DNA from: Phormidesmis sp.
Lineage (GTDB): Bacteria > Cyanobacteriota > Cyanobacteriia > Leptolyngbyales > Leptolyngbyaceae
DNA length: 64,000 nucleotides
Direction: 5' to 3'
NCBI GenBank assembly: GCA_965248535.1
Contig: CBDFJR010000005.1
Coordinates: 1,184,001 to 1,248,000, forward strand
Part shown: positions 40,427-49,576 of the stretch, in pieces
Numbering within the stretch: the stretch's first letter is position 1
Layout: each line of letters starts with the position of its first letter
Position numbers and translations under genes: made by a program
The notes under the pieces: model-generated
The model's input: the letters and a program-made list of their open reading frames with translations, nothing else
Databases searched by the model: none
What the model was told of the DNA's origin: nothing

Positions 40427-41290
40427 TTATGGTACTTTCTCTAGTAGAACAAACCCAGTATATTGTGTGATGGTTTGCCAATATCGTCTAGCAAAACAGC
40501 GGATTAAAATTTCAGCAACTCCGACTAAGTGGGTTTGCCGATTGCAAAGACAAGCCGCTTGCCAAATCGATCGAAACTCCTTCACTCTCCAGCCATAGGG
40601 TCGAAAAAAATCTGTGCCCTCATCAGGAGCAAACAAAAAGGTTGCCTTCCCATTCGCGAAGTATTGGTCAAATAGCCTTTGTCGGTCAGATTTTTGAGCC
40701 TGCTGTAATATCATCGACGAGGCTAACTCAAACATCCACCAGCGAAAATTCGATTGCTGATGTAAATCGGCTGCAAGAGATGCAACTTGTGCTTCAGTCA
40801 GATAAGACAACAAACCTTCTGTAATCACAAGAGCTTGGTTTGCCGAGGCGTTGACCTGTGCAAACAGATTTTTTCTCAAGGCGACATCAGTAAGGTCTAG
40901 CTTGATTCGTTCTACCCAACAAACGGGCTGTTCGCTCTTCAGTATCTGCTCTTTGTGCGTCAGAATGCCTGGGAAATCAACCTCAATCCAGCGCAGGGAA
41001 GCCGGAAGATTTAACCGATAGGGACGGGTATCTAATCCAGCCGCTAGGTTTAGAACAGTGTCAACGCTGCCTGATTCTACAAGGCGTGTGATCATCCCAT
41101 CGATCGTGCAGGTGCGAATTGCCATTGCAGCGATTCCTTGTTGTTTCTCCCCCAGCACTTCAACCATCATTGCTCCTTCTCCGCCGGCCAAGCGACGCGC
41201 AAATAGATCTTGAAACAGTGCATCTGGACGTTCACTTTCTAAGGCGCGATACATAGCAACTAAGTGGGCCGTTGCAGAAATATTATTCAT
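40427..41290 (-). CDS. SAM-dependent methyltransferase (LCM/O-methyltransferase-like)
   Basis: RALESERPDALFQD, LAAGLDTRPYRL, WIEVD, ITEGLLSYL. Confidence 0.9.
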   Translation of the reverse strand: MNNISATAHLVAMYRALESERPDALFQDLFARRLAGGEGAMMVEVLGEKQQGIAAMAIRTCTIDGMITRLVESGSVDTVLNLAAGLDTRPYRLNLPASLRWIEVDFPGILTHKEQILKSEQPVCWVERIKLDLTDVALRKNLFAQVNASANQALVITEGLLSYLTEAQVASLAADLHQQSNFRWWMFELASSMILQQAQKSDRQRLFDQYFANGKATFLFAPDEGTDFFRPYGWRVKEFRSIWQAACLCNRQTHLVGVAEILIRCFARRYWQTITQYTGFVLLEKVP

Positions 41291-41673
41291 AGTTCATCAG
41301 AATCAGCAAAGTCCGAGAGTGCAAAAATTGGCTTGCGATAAGCGAGATACCGAAACTCCGATTCTTGAAAATGCTGCTTTACAACTTTTAATCCCTGCGA
41401 TCGTAGTATCGGAGCCATCTGTTCTGCTACATTAAAGAACAGTGGCTGCCATCCGTAGGCTTCAGTAAAGGTTAGAAACTCATACAGCGCCACTATAATC
41501 TGTGAATTGCGCCCTTTGAAGTTTTCGCCAGAAATGCTCACCACGAGCCGCTGAAATGCCTCAAAAACAGTTTGTTCATGAATCGCTCGGAGATGTTCAG
41601 ACTGCTCGATTGCCAAGATAGTGTAGCTAATAGAAGGAGATATGTATGCTCTATTATTCCTACAGAATCGCAT
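41287..41673 (-). CDS. Hypothetical protein resembling a fragment of an MprF cytoplasmic domain
   Basis: EF..F.EAYGWQPLFFNV...GLKVVK resembles FQQFCDLNDWYAAFYEV...GLRSLQ in the gene at 47736; start uncertain. Confidence 0.4.
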   Translation of the reverse strand: MRFCRNNRAYISPSISYTILAIEQSEHLRAIHEQTVFEAFQRLVVSISGENFKGRNSQIIVALYEFLTFTEAYGWQPLFFNVAEQMAPILRSQGLKVVKQHFQESEFRYLAYRKPIFALSDFADSDEL

Positions 41674-41795
41674 CTGGTGATCAACGAAAATCTGTGAAAT
41701 TACTTCTATAGTCAATAGATTGTTCGCATTCTGCTTTGACAGTTCTGTTGAAGCGACTAACGGTCGGCGAGTTATTGAAGTATTTATCAATTTAG

Positions 41796-41954
41796 TCACG
41801 GAAACCTTGCCTGCTGGCAAGTTGAATAATCAGGATCACACGAACGACTCATTGTCACAACAAGGTTGATCAGCATTGCTGCAAAGACTATTGTTGCTAG
41901 GCTAATTATCAGGATCTGAAACACCAGTTTGAGCGGGTAATATTTTCCGTCCAT
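41796..41954 (-). CDS. 52-aa single-pass membrane protein (not in ORF track)
   Basis: MDGKYYPLKLVFQILIISLATIVFAAMLINLVVTMSRSCDPDYSTCQQARFP; lies downstream of box 3. Confidence 0.5.
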   Translation of the reverse strand: MDGKYYPLKLVFQILIISLATIVFAAMLINLVVTMSRSCDPDYSTCQQARFP

Positions 41955-42113
41955 TTTCTTCTTCTGCTTGCTTCAGCGGTTATCATGCTTGCGTTAGTCC
42001 ATGGGTGTTACTGAGCTAGAAACTTACAGTGCGTATTTTGTACCGTTAAGGTCGAGATCTTGAAAAGGTTGTCTGCCAAAAAACTTTATAGTGTATGGAA
42101 GTTTGAAACCAAC

Positions 42114-42149
42114 ATTCTAAAGGGTAAAAGTCAAGAACTCGGAAAGATT
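42114..42149 (-). promoter_or_regulatory. Regulon box 3 plus -10
   Basis: Minus strand AATCTTTCCGAGTTCTTGAC-N10-TAGAAT. Confidence 0.8.
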
Positions 42150-42271
42150 CAGTGATCTGCAATGTTTTTGAAGAAAAGCTATAAAAAGACTAACTTTTCT
42201 GCTCTCCTGAGTATTAGATGATAAGCAAAGTCTATAAGCCTTCTAGCAAGGGTTCTATGCTCTAGACAACA

Positions 42272-42313
42272 CTAATTTTGTAGTTGATAATATGGTTTCA
42301 ACTACAAAATTAG
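42272..42313. repeat. Perfect 16-bp inverted repeat with 10-nt loop
   Basis: CTAATTTTGTAGTTGA-N10-TCAACTACAAAATTAG. Confidence 0.85.
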
Positions 42314-42363
42314 GAGAGCCACTTTTCTCGTGCTAAGACTCCTTATTCCTCACAATTCTAGTC

Positions 42364-42399
42364 AATCTTTCCGAGTTCTTGACTTTTTTCATCTATTTT
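42364..42399 (+). promoter_or_regulatory. Regulon box 4 plus -10
   Basis: AATCTTTCCGAGTTCTTGAC-N10-TATTTT. Confidence 0.8.
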
Positions 42400-42468
42400 A
42401 AGAAAGCATCGCTTCGATAAAAGGATTTTAGTCGATCCCAGCCTCTTATTCCTTTGCTTTGTATTCCT

Positions 42469-43629
42469 ATGCCCCTTGGGTCAATCCGTTCGGTCTCACC
42501 TTTTTTGGTACTTGACCGATACATTGCATCTCAATTAGCAAGTCCCTTTTTGTTTGGCGTTGCAGCATTGTCTTCAATTCTGGTGTCAGTTGGCGCACTC
42601 TTCGATCTGATTCGCAAAATGACGGATGCTGGGCTACCTCTGTCGATCGCGTTCAAAGTCTTTTCCTTCCAAGTGCCTGAATTCGTCAGCTTGTCGTTTC
42701 CAATGGCAACGCTGCTATCAACGTTGATGGTGTATGGTCGTCTTTCGACCGACAGCGAACTAATCGCGCTTCGCAGCGCTGGCATTAGTGTTTACCGACT
42801 AATTGCACCCGCGATCGTGTTGAGCTTGTTGGTGTCAGCTTTAACGTTTGGGTTCAACGAAGCGATCGTTCCTGCGGCTAAGTATCAAGCATCTGTCACG
42901 CTGGATAGTGCCTTGAAGCGGGATAAACCTGCGTTCCAGCAGAATAATATTGTTTATCAACAGTATGGCGACGTAAAGCAAGCTGATGGTAGCAAGGTGC
43001 AAGTTTTAGAGCGAATTTTCTATGCAAAACAGTTCGATGGTAAGCAAATGAAAAGTCTGACTGTGTTAGATTTTTCCCAAAATGGACTCTGCCAGATCAT
43101 TACTGCCCAAACTGCGACGTGGAATACCTCTCGCAGCACCTGGGATTTCTTTAATGGCACGATTTATGTAATTGCACCCGATGGGTCTTATCGCAATATT
43201 CTTAAGTTTGAACAGCAGCAACTACAGCTTTCTCGGACTCCGTTAGATCTTGCCAGTCGGCAACCAGATGAAGGTGAGATGAATATTGAGCAGATTCAGA
43301 ATTATCTCAAGTTGGTCAAGCAAAGTGGAGACGAGAAACTTGTGATCAAATTACGTTTACGGATTCAGCAGAAAATAGCGTTTCCGTTGGTCTGTCTAGT
43401 TTTTGGTTTAACAGGCGCAACACTCGGCACTCGCCCTCAACGCGGCGGTAAAGGAACTAGCTTTGCCATTAGTATCGTAATCATTTTCACGTACTATTTA
43501 CTTTCATTTATCTGTGACTCATTTGGGCAACTTGAGATTTTATCTCCTGTTATTGGAGCTTGGTTGCCTACGATCGCAGGATTACTGGCAAGAGCGTTTC
43601 TTTTATTGCGGGCAGAAGAGTACCGCTGA
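42469..43629 (+). CDS. LptF/LptG-family permease
   Basis: LDRYI, YGRLSTDSELIALRSAGIS, beta-jellyroll region, GAWLP; start uncertain. Confidence 0.9.
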   Translation: MPLGSIRSVSPFLVLDRYIASQLASPFLFGVAALSSILVSVGALFDLIRKMTDAGLPLSIAFKVFSFQVPEFVSLSFPMATLLSTLMVYGRLSTDSELIALRSAGISVYRLIAPAIVLSLLVSALTFGFNEAIVPAAKYQASVTLDSALKRDKPAFQQNNIVYQQYGDVKQADGSKVQVLERIFYAKQFDGKQMKSLTVLDFSQNGLCQIITAQTATWNTSRSTWDFFNGTIYVIAPDGSYRNILKFEQQQLQLSRTPLDLASRQPDEGEMNIEQIQNYLKLVKQSGDEKLVIKLRLRIQQKIAFPLVCLVFGLTGATLGTRPQRGGKGTSFAISIVIIFTYYLLSFICDSFGQLEILSPVIGAWLPTIAGLLARAFLLLRAEEYR

Positions 43630-43770
43630 ATTTGATAACAAGATTCTGTCTAGAGTTGAATTAGGGTTCGAGGCTCAAAACCAATTCAAATTTTGGTCGA
43701 AGTATGGTGTTGTCACAATACGATAGAAATTATCATCCTAACTTAGGGCATTAAGGACTATTCAGCATCA

Positions 43771-45453
43771 ATGAAATATAAAATCATACCAAAAAATCTA
43801 ACACTAAAGTTGTTCTCATTATTCAAGAACATTCCACTCACAAAACCAGACTCAAACCTGAGAACAATATTGATACTGGCATCAATATTTTTTGTTTTCA
43901 TGGTCGTTTTCTCACTCAATCGCTACTACAGTTTTTACTCATCCTACGATCAAGGACTTTTTAACCAGTTGTTTTGGAATGGTCTCCGTGGACATTTGTT
44001 TCAAGGCTCTCTTTCCTCTGGTCAATCAAGCGCTGTTCTAGATGATGGTCAAATAGCTACAGCATCTTACTACCATTTGGGACAACACTTTGTTCTTGAC
44101 TTTTTGCTTTGGCTACCGATATATGCTCTATTTCCTAACGGTGCTACTTTAGTGATTTTACAAATCACATTAGTTACGGCAGCAGGAATGGTCTTGTTCG
44201 CTCTAGCTCGTCATTATCTCCCTTTCTCGATCGCTGTTTTAATGACTGCTAGTTTTTACGGCTCTATCGCTGTGATGGCACCGTCATTGGGTAATTTTTA
44301 TGAGGCTTGCCAGATTCCTCTATTCGTATTCAGTTTACTACTTGCTTTAGCAAAACGTAGATGGCGATTGTTTTGGCTCTTTGTTGCTTTGACATTAGGA
44401 ATTCGAGAAGACACAGGGTTTATCATCTTTAGCATTGGTGCCTACTTAATTTTAATCCGTCGCTATTTTCGCTTAGGCTTGGCTTTATGCCTATTAAGTT
44501 TTAGCTATATTGCTCTAGTAACAAACGTATTAATGCCGTTGTTTTCTAATGATAGTTCCCGTCTATACGTAAAAAGTTACTTTCACCAGTATGCTCAGTA
44601 TGTTCAAGGAGGTACTCCTACTACTCTGCAACTTCTCTGGAGCATCATCAGTCACCCTAAAGAACTGGCAGTGAGTTTATTGACTCCCTTCGATCGGCGG
44701 GTAGAGTACCTTTCACTTCAATGGCTCCCTTTGGCATTTGTCCCTGCGCTCTCTCCTGCAACTTGGGTACTGACAGCCTTTCCATTACTGGAACTGTTGC
44801 TTCAAAAAAGTGATAAAGCGCTTTCCATCAATATCCGCTATGCATTGAACGTCGTTCCCGGACTGTTTTATGGTGCAATTCTGTGGTGGGCAAACCATCA
44901 ACATCAATTTAGACCACGCTTTCGTCGATTTTGGAGAGGATGTATCGCCTTGTCTATCCTTCTAGCAATTACGACAAATGGACAAGGAGCTTTCTACTTT
45001 TTAATTCCAGATTTTGGTCACCCTGCACTCTATATTTCTCTCAGTCGCCAATGGGAACATGCAAGCCAGGTCAAGGCATTAATGAACTTGATTCCGCCGC
45101 AAGCTAGCGTCTCAGCGACCGCCTTTCTGATTCCGTATCTGTCAGGTCGGCGAGAGATTATAGAACTAGCGAATGAGCGCTTGCCGTCTCTGATGATCCG
45201 CAATGACAAAGGAGAAATAAATCCTGTTGACTATATCTTAGCTGACTTATGGCGGCTGCAACGGTACCAAGTCGTCAGAAAACCTGATCGGCAGAGACTT
45301 CAAGCGCTTGTCCCTCTACTAGATACACTTATTGCTCAACAAAAGTATGGCATTCTGAATATACAAGACAAGGTTGTTCTCTTACAGAAAGCAACGACAT
45401 CTTCCCCTCAAGCTCAGACTGATTGGTTAAAGTTGCGTTCAGAATTAAAATAA
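43771..45453 (+). CDS. DUF2079 multi-pass membrane protein
   Basis: SYDQGLFNQLFWN, LGQHF, IREDTG, INIRYAL. Confidence 0.8.
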   Translation: MKYKIIPKNLTLKLFSLFKNIPLTKPDSNLRTILILASIFFVFMVVFSLNRYYSFYSSYDQGLFNQLFWNGLRGHLFQGSLSSGQSSAVLDDGQIATASYYHLGQHFVLDFLLWLPIYALFPNGATLVILQITLVTAAGMVLFALARHYLPFSIAVLMTASFYGSIAVMAPSLGNFYEACQIPLFVFSLLLALAKRRWRLFWLFVALTLGIREDTGFIIFSIGAYLILIRRYFRLGLALCLLSFSYIALVTNVLMPLFSNDSSRLYVKSYFHQYAQYVQGGTPTTLQLLWSIISHPKELAVSLLTPFDRRVEYLSLQWLPLAFVPALSPATWVLTAFPLLELLLQKSDKALSINIRYALNVVPGLFYGAILWWANHQHQFRPRFRRFWRGCIALSILLAITTNGQGAFYFLIPDFGHPALYISLSRQWEHASQVKALMNLIPPQASVSATAFLIPYLSGRREIIELANERLPSLMIRNDKGEINPVDYILADLWRLQRYQVVRKPDRQRLQALVPLLDTLIAQQKYGILNIQDKVVLLQKATTSSPQAQTDWLKLRSELK

Positions 45454-45455
45454 AA

Positions 45456-45653
45456 ACATTAGACCTCCTGTGTGAATCTTTTTGCCCTCACTCTACCCTC
45501 GCTCCTTAGAAGAAGGAACAAGAACTCTAGCCCTTCTCTTTTGGGAGAAGGGTTGGGGATGAAGGTCTTAACTATTCGTACAGAAGACATCATGAATGCG
45601 CGATCGCTCTCACAACCCCGGATGAAAATCTATTTCCAAAGGAGGTCTAATGT
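45456..45653. mobile_element. MITE-like element (198 bp)
   Basis: Perfect 14-bp terminal IR ACATTAGACCTCCT/AGGAGGTCTAATGT; internal hairpin CCCTTCTC-TTTTGG-GAGAAGGG. Confidence 0.75.
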
Positions 45654-45716
45654 AATTGTCATTGGGTCAATGTAATTGCGCTCTATAGTTTTCTACTACC
45701 GTATACTGTTCTCTGC

Positions 45717-46526
45717 TTAGTGTCCCTGTCTTGCTGGCTTCTGCGGAAAGAGCAAGATCCCCAACACGATTAACACTAGCAGGGTTGCCGATGCCGAGTA
45801 GCGGCTTAACTCTAAGCCACCTTTGCTGACGGGTTTGTCTAAAAAGTCACCGACGACTGCGCCCAGCGGCCGAGTCAAGATAAAGGCTGCCCAAAATAGC
45901 GCCGTGCTAGATATTCGTGTTCGGTAGTACGCCGCCGCGATCGCTGCCAGCATCGTCCCAAACACGAGGGCACTTCCCAAATACCCAAGACCCTGGGTAT
46001 CGGCTGTCCAATCGCCCAGCGCCGTCCCTAAGGTTTGCGAAAACATAATCGTGACCCAATAGAATATCTCAGATCTGGGCGACCCCACTGTGTGAACCGC
46101 GATCGACCCCAGCGTGCGATACCACAAGAATAGAGATGCCAAGAGCAAGGTCAGCAAGATTGCCGTACCGCCCGCATAGCCAATGCCCAGAGAACGATCT
46201 ACAAAATCTGCCAGGGTTGTGCCCACGGTTGTAGTGGCGATAATCGTCGTCCAGTACAGGATGGGATTGAATTTCTTCGCGAGAACCTGAGCGATGACTG
46301 CAACGGCAAAGATAACGACGAAGATCCCAGTACTGGTGAGATAGCCAAGATTCATGGACATAGACACAGCATCTCCGCCCGTCTCACCCAGAGTTGTGGC
46401 AAGAATCTTGATGATCCAGAAAAGCAAGGTGACTTGCGGAACCTTGCTGATCAGATCACCCCGGAAGCGTTCATCTGATTGTTGAGATGCCGTCATTCGA
46501 TACTCCTTATGCGGTTGATTTGCCAT
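45717..46526 (-). CDS. Second COG4705/DUF347 membrane protein
   Basis: SKVPQVTLLFWIIKILATTLGETGGD, FILTRPLGA. Confidence 0.88.
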   Translation of the reverse strand: MANQPHKEYRMTASQQSDERFRGDLISKVPQVTLLFWIIKILATTLGETGGDAVSMSMNLGYLTSTGIFVVIFAVAVIAQVLAKKFNPILYWTTIIATTTVGTTLADFVDRSLGIGYAGGTAILLTLLLASLFLWYRTLGSIAVHTVGSPRSEIFYWVTIMFSQTLGTALGDWTADTQGLGYLGSALVFGTMLAAIAAAYYRTRISSTALFWAAFILTRPLGAVVGDFLDKPVSKGGLELSRYSASATLLVLIVLGILLFPQKPARQGH

Positions 46527-46628
46527 AATCGAAAATTGAAATTAACAACGCTTGTAAGGCTTAGACGGATTTGCATTGCAAGTCGTTCATTCCCTTGAGC
46601 AACTGTATCTGAACCTGTGACTTTGCAT

Positions 46629-46664
46629 AGATTAGCGAGAGAAAGTCAAGAACTTGGAAAGATT
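46629..46664 (-). promoter_or_regulatory. Regulon box 5 plus -10
   Basis: Minus strand AATCTTTCCAAGTTCTTGAC-N10-TAATCT. Confidence 0.8.
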
Positions 46665-46695
46665 AGTGAATGACTTTGCTGCTGTGCCGAGTCAG

Positions 46696-46732
46696 AAAAA
46701 TCCCCTCAATTTCCTGATCAAAAATTGAGGGG
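46696..46732 (-). terminator. Intrinsic terminator after the PepSY gene
   Basis: CCCCTCAATTT/AAATTGAGGGG stem with a T-run on the minus strand. Confidence 0.65.
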
Positions 46733-46823
46733 TCAAACTGCTACAAGCTTGCAGTCAACGTTAGATCAGCACTACCTATCCTTGTCAAAGGAGGATTACA
46801 AGACTCGATCGATAGCTTTTTTA

Positions 46824-47409
46824 TCAGCCATCGTCATTGGTTTCACCATCCGTTTGAGGAACCTGGATGCTGCTACGAGGTTGAGTCTTCTCGTTGTTCT
46901 CCCTGGTTGGCGTGTTTGTACCGAGAACTCTACCGTTGCCTGCATCTACGATCACTTCATTCTGTGTCCTACGGAGTTGCGCGGAGCGCTAATCACAACG
47001 CATAAACTAAGCTGCCGTTTTCACTTTCTAGCTTGACATTGCTGGCAGTTCCTTTGACAGTGGCTTCAGCCGCTTGCTGTGCCTGCTGAGACGTGATTTT
47101 AGCCAAGGATTGCAGTTTTTGAGATTCCTGCTGTTCCTTCACGTCGTCATTGGTTTCACCATCTCCGTCACTCGCTTCTGCCTTTTGAGTCGGTTTGTTT
47201 GCTTGAAGTTGAGACTTAAGAGCGTTTTCTGGTGCTTCTGTCGCAGGATTGGCTTCGCTATCTCCGTCACTCTTTTCGGTGACTTGAGCAGCGGGCATGA
47301 CTGCAACAGGAGATTGCATCTGAGCTGCGTTAACCAGTTTAGCTAGACCGCCGAGTCCTAATGTTCCGATCGCAGCAGCCGTCAAAATGAGTTTTGTTGA
47401 AGTTTTCAT
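46824..47409 (-). pseudogene. Secreted PepSY-domain protein, frameshifted near 46965-47000
   Basis: Signal peptide, LAKITSQQAQQAA..VKLESENGSLVY; continuation QNEVIVDAGNGRVL...DGETNDDG* in another frame. Confidence 0.8.
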
Positions 47410-47444
47410 CGAGTCAAATCCACCTAATATCGGTTTGCCATTTC

Positions 47445-47480
47445 ACTGTATGCACTGAAAGTCAAGAACTTGGAAAGATT
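47445..47480 (-). promoter_or_regulatory. Regulon box 6 plus -10
   Basis: Minus strand AATCTTTCCAAGTTCTTGAC-N10-TACAGT. Confidence 0.8.
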
Positions 47481-47627
47481 GGAGTCAAGCTAAAAAAGTT
47501 GTGGCTCCTCATGATTACTCTGCTTTTCAAGCAATCATTGAAGCGCTCTGAGATCAAGTTAATAGAAGGTGAGATCAACAAAGCCAACGGTTGGTGAATC
47601 ACGCCGGAATAATTCTTCACAAGTGCA

Positions 47628-47663
47628 AATCTTTCCAAGTTCTTAACGTTTGCTTTCTACACT
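47628..47663 (+). promoter_or_regulatory. Regulon box 7 plus -10
   Basis: AATCTTTCCAAGTTCTTAAC-N10-TACACT. Confidence 0.8.
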
Positions 47664-47735
47664 TCAAAAAGTAAGCTTGAGTAATTCTCTAAGCCTTGCA
47701 ATGACAGAAAAATAAGCCCAAGAGCAAGGTCAAAA

Positions 47736-49424
47736 ATGGCGTTAACACGACGAGACCAGATTGGACTGTGGACAGCCACGCTCCTCACGAGTTTGACTGG
47801 AATTGCTAATCTAATCTCTGCGGTTACGCCCAGCTTGCCAGAGCGAATCGAGTGGCTCAGGAAAATTTTTCCGTTTCCAGTACGAGCGGGTGGACACTTT
47901 TTTGCTGCCATTAGTGGATTTATCTTGCTCACACTCGCGGCTCACCTACTGCGACGCAAGCGGGTAGCGTGGTTACTGACCGTTGGTCTGCTGGTCATCT
48001 CCATCTTAAGCAACCTGATTAAAGGGTTCGACTACGAGGAAGGATTATTGTCAGGAGTGCTGCTGCTTCAGTTGATTTTGATGAGGCGTGTCTTTACCGC
48101 ACAGTCAGACCAACCTTCGATCGCCCAAGGCATTAGAGTCTTGGTTGGTGCGCTCTTGTTTACCTTGGCTTATGGAACACTGGGATTCTACATTCTGGAT
48201 GGACGGTTTACGATCGATCAACAGTTTGTCAATTTTGGCTTTAGGCAGGCACTTTTGCAGACATTAGCCATGTTTTTTACAGGAGACAATGCAGGTCTAG
48301 AAGCGAAAACCCGATTTGGTCAATTTTTTGCTGATTCTATTTACATGGTTGGTGCGACCACGTTGGGCTATGCATTGTTTATGCTGCTGCGGCCTGTGTT
48401 GCTCCGAGGCGATCCGTCTAAGACATCTGAGTGGGAGCGTGCGAGAGCGATCGTGGATCAGCATGGGCAAACCTCGCTCGCTCGACTGGCACTGTTGGAA
48501 GATAAAGCCTATTACTTTAGCCCGTCAGGTCAAACGGTCATTGCTTATGTCGCAAAAGGACGAGCCGCAATCGCGTTAGGTGATCCGATTGGTTCAGTTG
48601 AAGATCGACAAGAAGCGATTGTTAGCTTTCAGCAATTTTGCGATCTCAATGACTGGTATGCAGCATTTTACGAGGTTCCGCCTGATCAACTTGACCTCTA
48701 CACTTCTCTCGGTTTGCGATCGCTGCAAGTTGGTGAAGAGGCAATTATCAATCTCAAAACGTTTTCACTAAAGGGAAAAGCAAACCAAAATTTGAGAACG
48801 GCTGTTAACCGTCTCACAAAGATAAGATATACGGCTCAGGTTTATGCTCCTCCGATCTCAGACACGTTGCTCCGTCAACTCAAGCCCGTGAGTGATGAAT
48901 GGTTGCAGCACAAACAAGGGGCGGAAAAGCAATTCTCGATCGGTTGGTTTGATCCAGACTACCTACGAGAGTGCTTCATTGGAGTTGTTTTTGATGCAGA
49001 GTATCAGATTATTGCTTTTGTCAATTTGCTGTCAAACTACCATCAGCCAGAAGTAACCGTTGACCTGATGCGGCATCGCCAGGAGGTTCCCAATGGAACA
49101 ATGGACTTCCTGTTTGTTTCACTCTTGCAGCACTTTCAGCAGCTTGACTATGATGGCTTTAATTTCAGTCTTTCCCCGCTAGCAGGGGTTGGAGAAGCAC
49201 CCAATTCCCAACGGACTGAGAAGGCATTGCACTATCTCTCAACGCACTTGAATCAGTTTTACAACTTTCAGGGGTTACGTGAGTTTAAGGAGAAATTCCA
49301 ACCTCAGTGGGAACCTCGCTATCTTGTCTATCCGAGCCTGTCCGCATTACCGGATATCGTGGTCGGGCTGGTGAGAGCCGATTCGGGCGATCGCTGGCTC
49401 GATTATTTCAAACCTGACGCTTAA
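47736..49424 (+). CDS. MprF/LpiA-like aminoacyl-phosphatidylglycerol synthase (short form, about 6 TM plus DUF2156)
   Basis: LLRRKRVAW, ALGDPIG, VGEEA, VDLMRH..PNGTMDFLF, YNFQGLREFKEKFQPQWEPRYL. Confidence 0.9.
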   Translation: MALTRRDQIGLWTATLLTSLTGIANLISAVTPSLPERIEWLRKIFPFPVRAGGHFFAAISGFILLTLAAHLLRRKRVAWLLTVGLLVISILSNLIKGFDYEEGLLSGVLLLQLILMRRVFTAQSDQPSIAQGIRVLVGALLFTLAYGTLGFYILDGRFTIDQQFVNFGFRQALLQTLAMFFTGDNAGLEAKTRFGQFFADSIYMVGATTLGYALFMLLRPVLLRGDPSKTSEWERARAIVDQHGQTSLARLALLEDKAYYFSPSGQTVIAYVAKGRAAIALGDPIGSVEDRQEAIVSFQQFCDLNDWYAAFYEVPPDQLDLYTSLGLRSLQVGEEAIINLKTFSLKGKANQNLRTAVNRLTKIRYTAQVYAPPISDTLLRQLKPVSDEWLQHKQGAEKQFSIGWFDPDYLRECFIGVVFDAEYQIIAFVNLLSNYHQPEVTVDLMRHRQEVPNGTMDFLFVSLLQHFQQLDYDGFNFSLSPLAGVGEAPNSQRTEKALHYLSTHLNQFYNFQGLREFKEKFQPQWEPRYLVYPSLSALPDIVVGLVRADSGDRWLDYFKPDA

Positions 49425-49445
49425 AGTCATGCTGAACTCCTACAC

Positions 49446-49521
49446 AAAAAATCCCAGCTAAAGCCGGGAAGTAAAGGTGAGAGGATAAATCTACAATAGT
49501 TAAAATTGAAAGACTTCCTCT
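49446..49521 (-). ncRNA. Candidate small RNA (about 76 nt)
   Basis: Lies between the box-8 promoter and a GC hairpin plus T6 terminator; no ATG; folds into a 5' hairpin. Confidence 0.5.
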
Positions 49522-49527
49522 AAAAAG

Positions 49528-49563
49528 AGTGTAGTAGAAGAAAGTCAAGAACTTGGAAAGATT
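49528..49563 (-). promoter_or_regulatory. Regulon box 8 plus -10
   Basis: Minus strand AATCTTTCCAAGTTCTTGAC-N10-TACACT. Confidence 0.8.
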
Positions 49564-49576
49564 GGCTGGTTTTACG

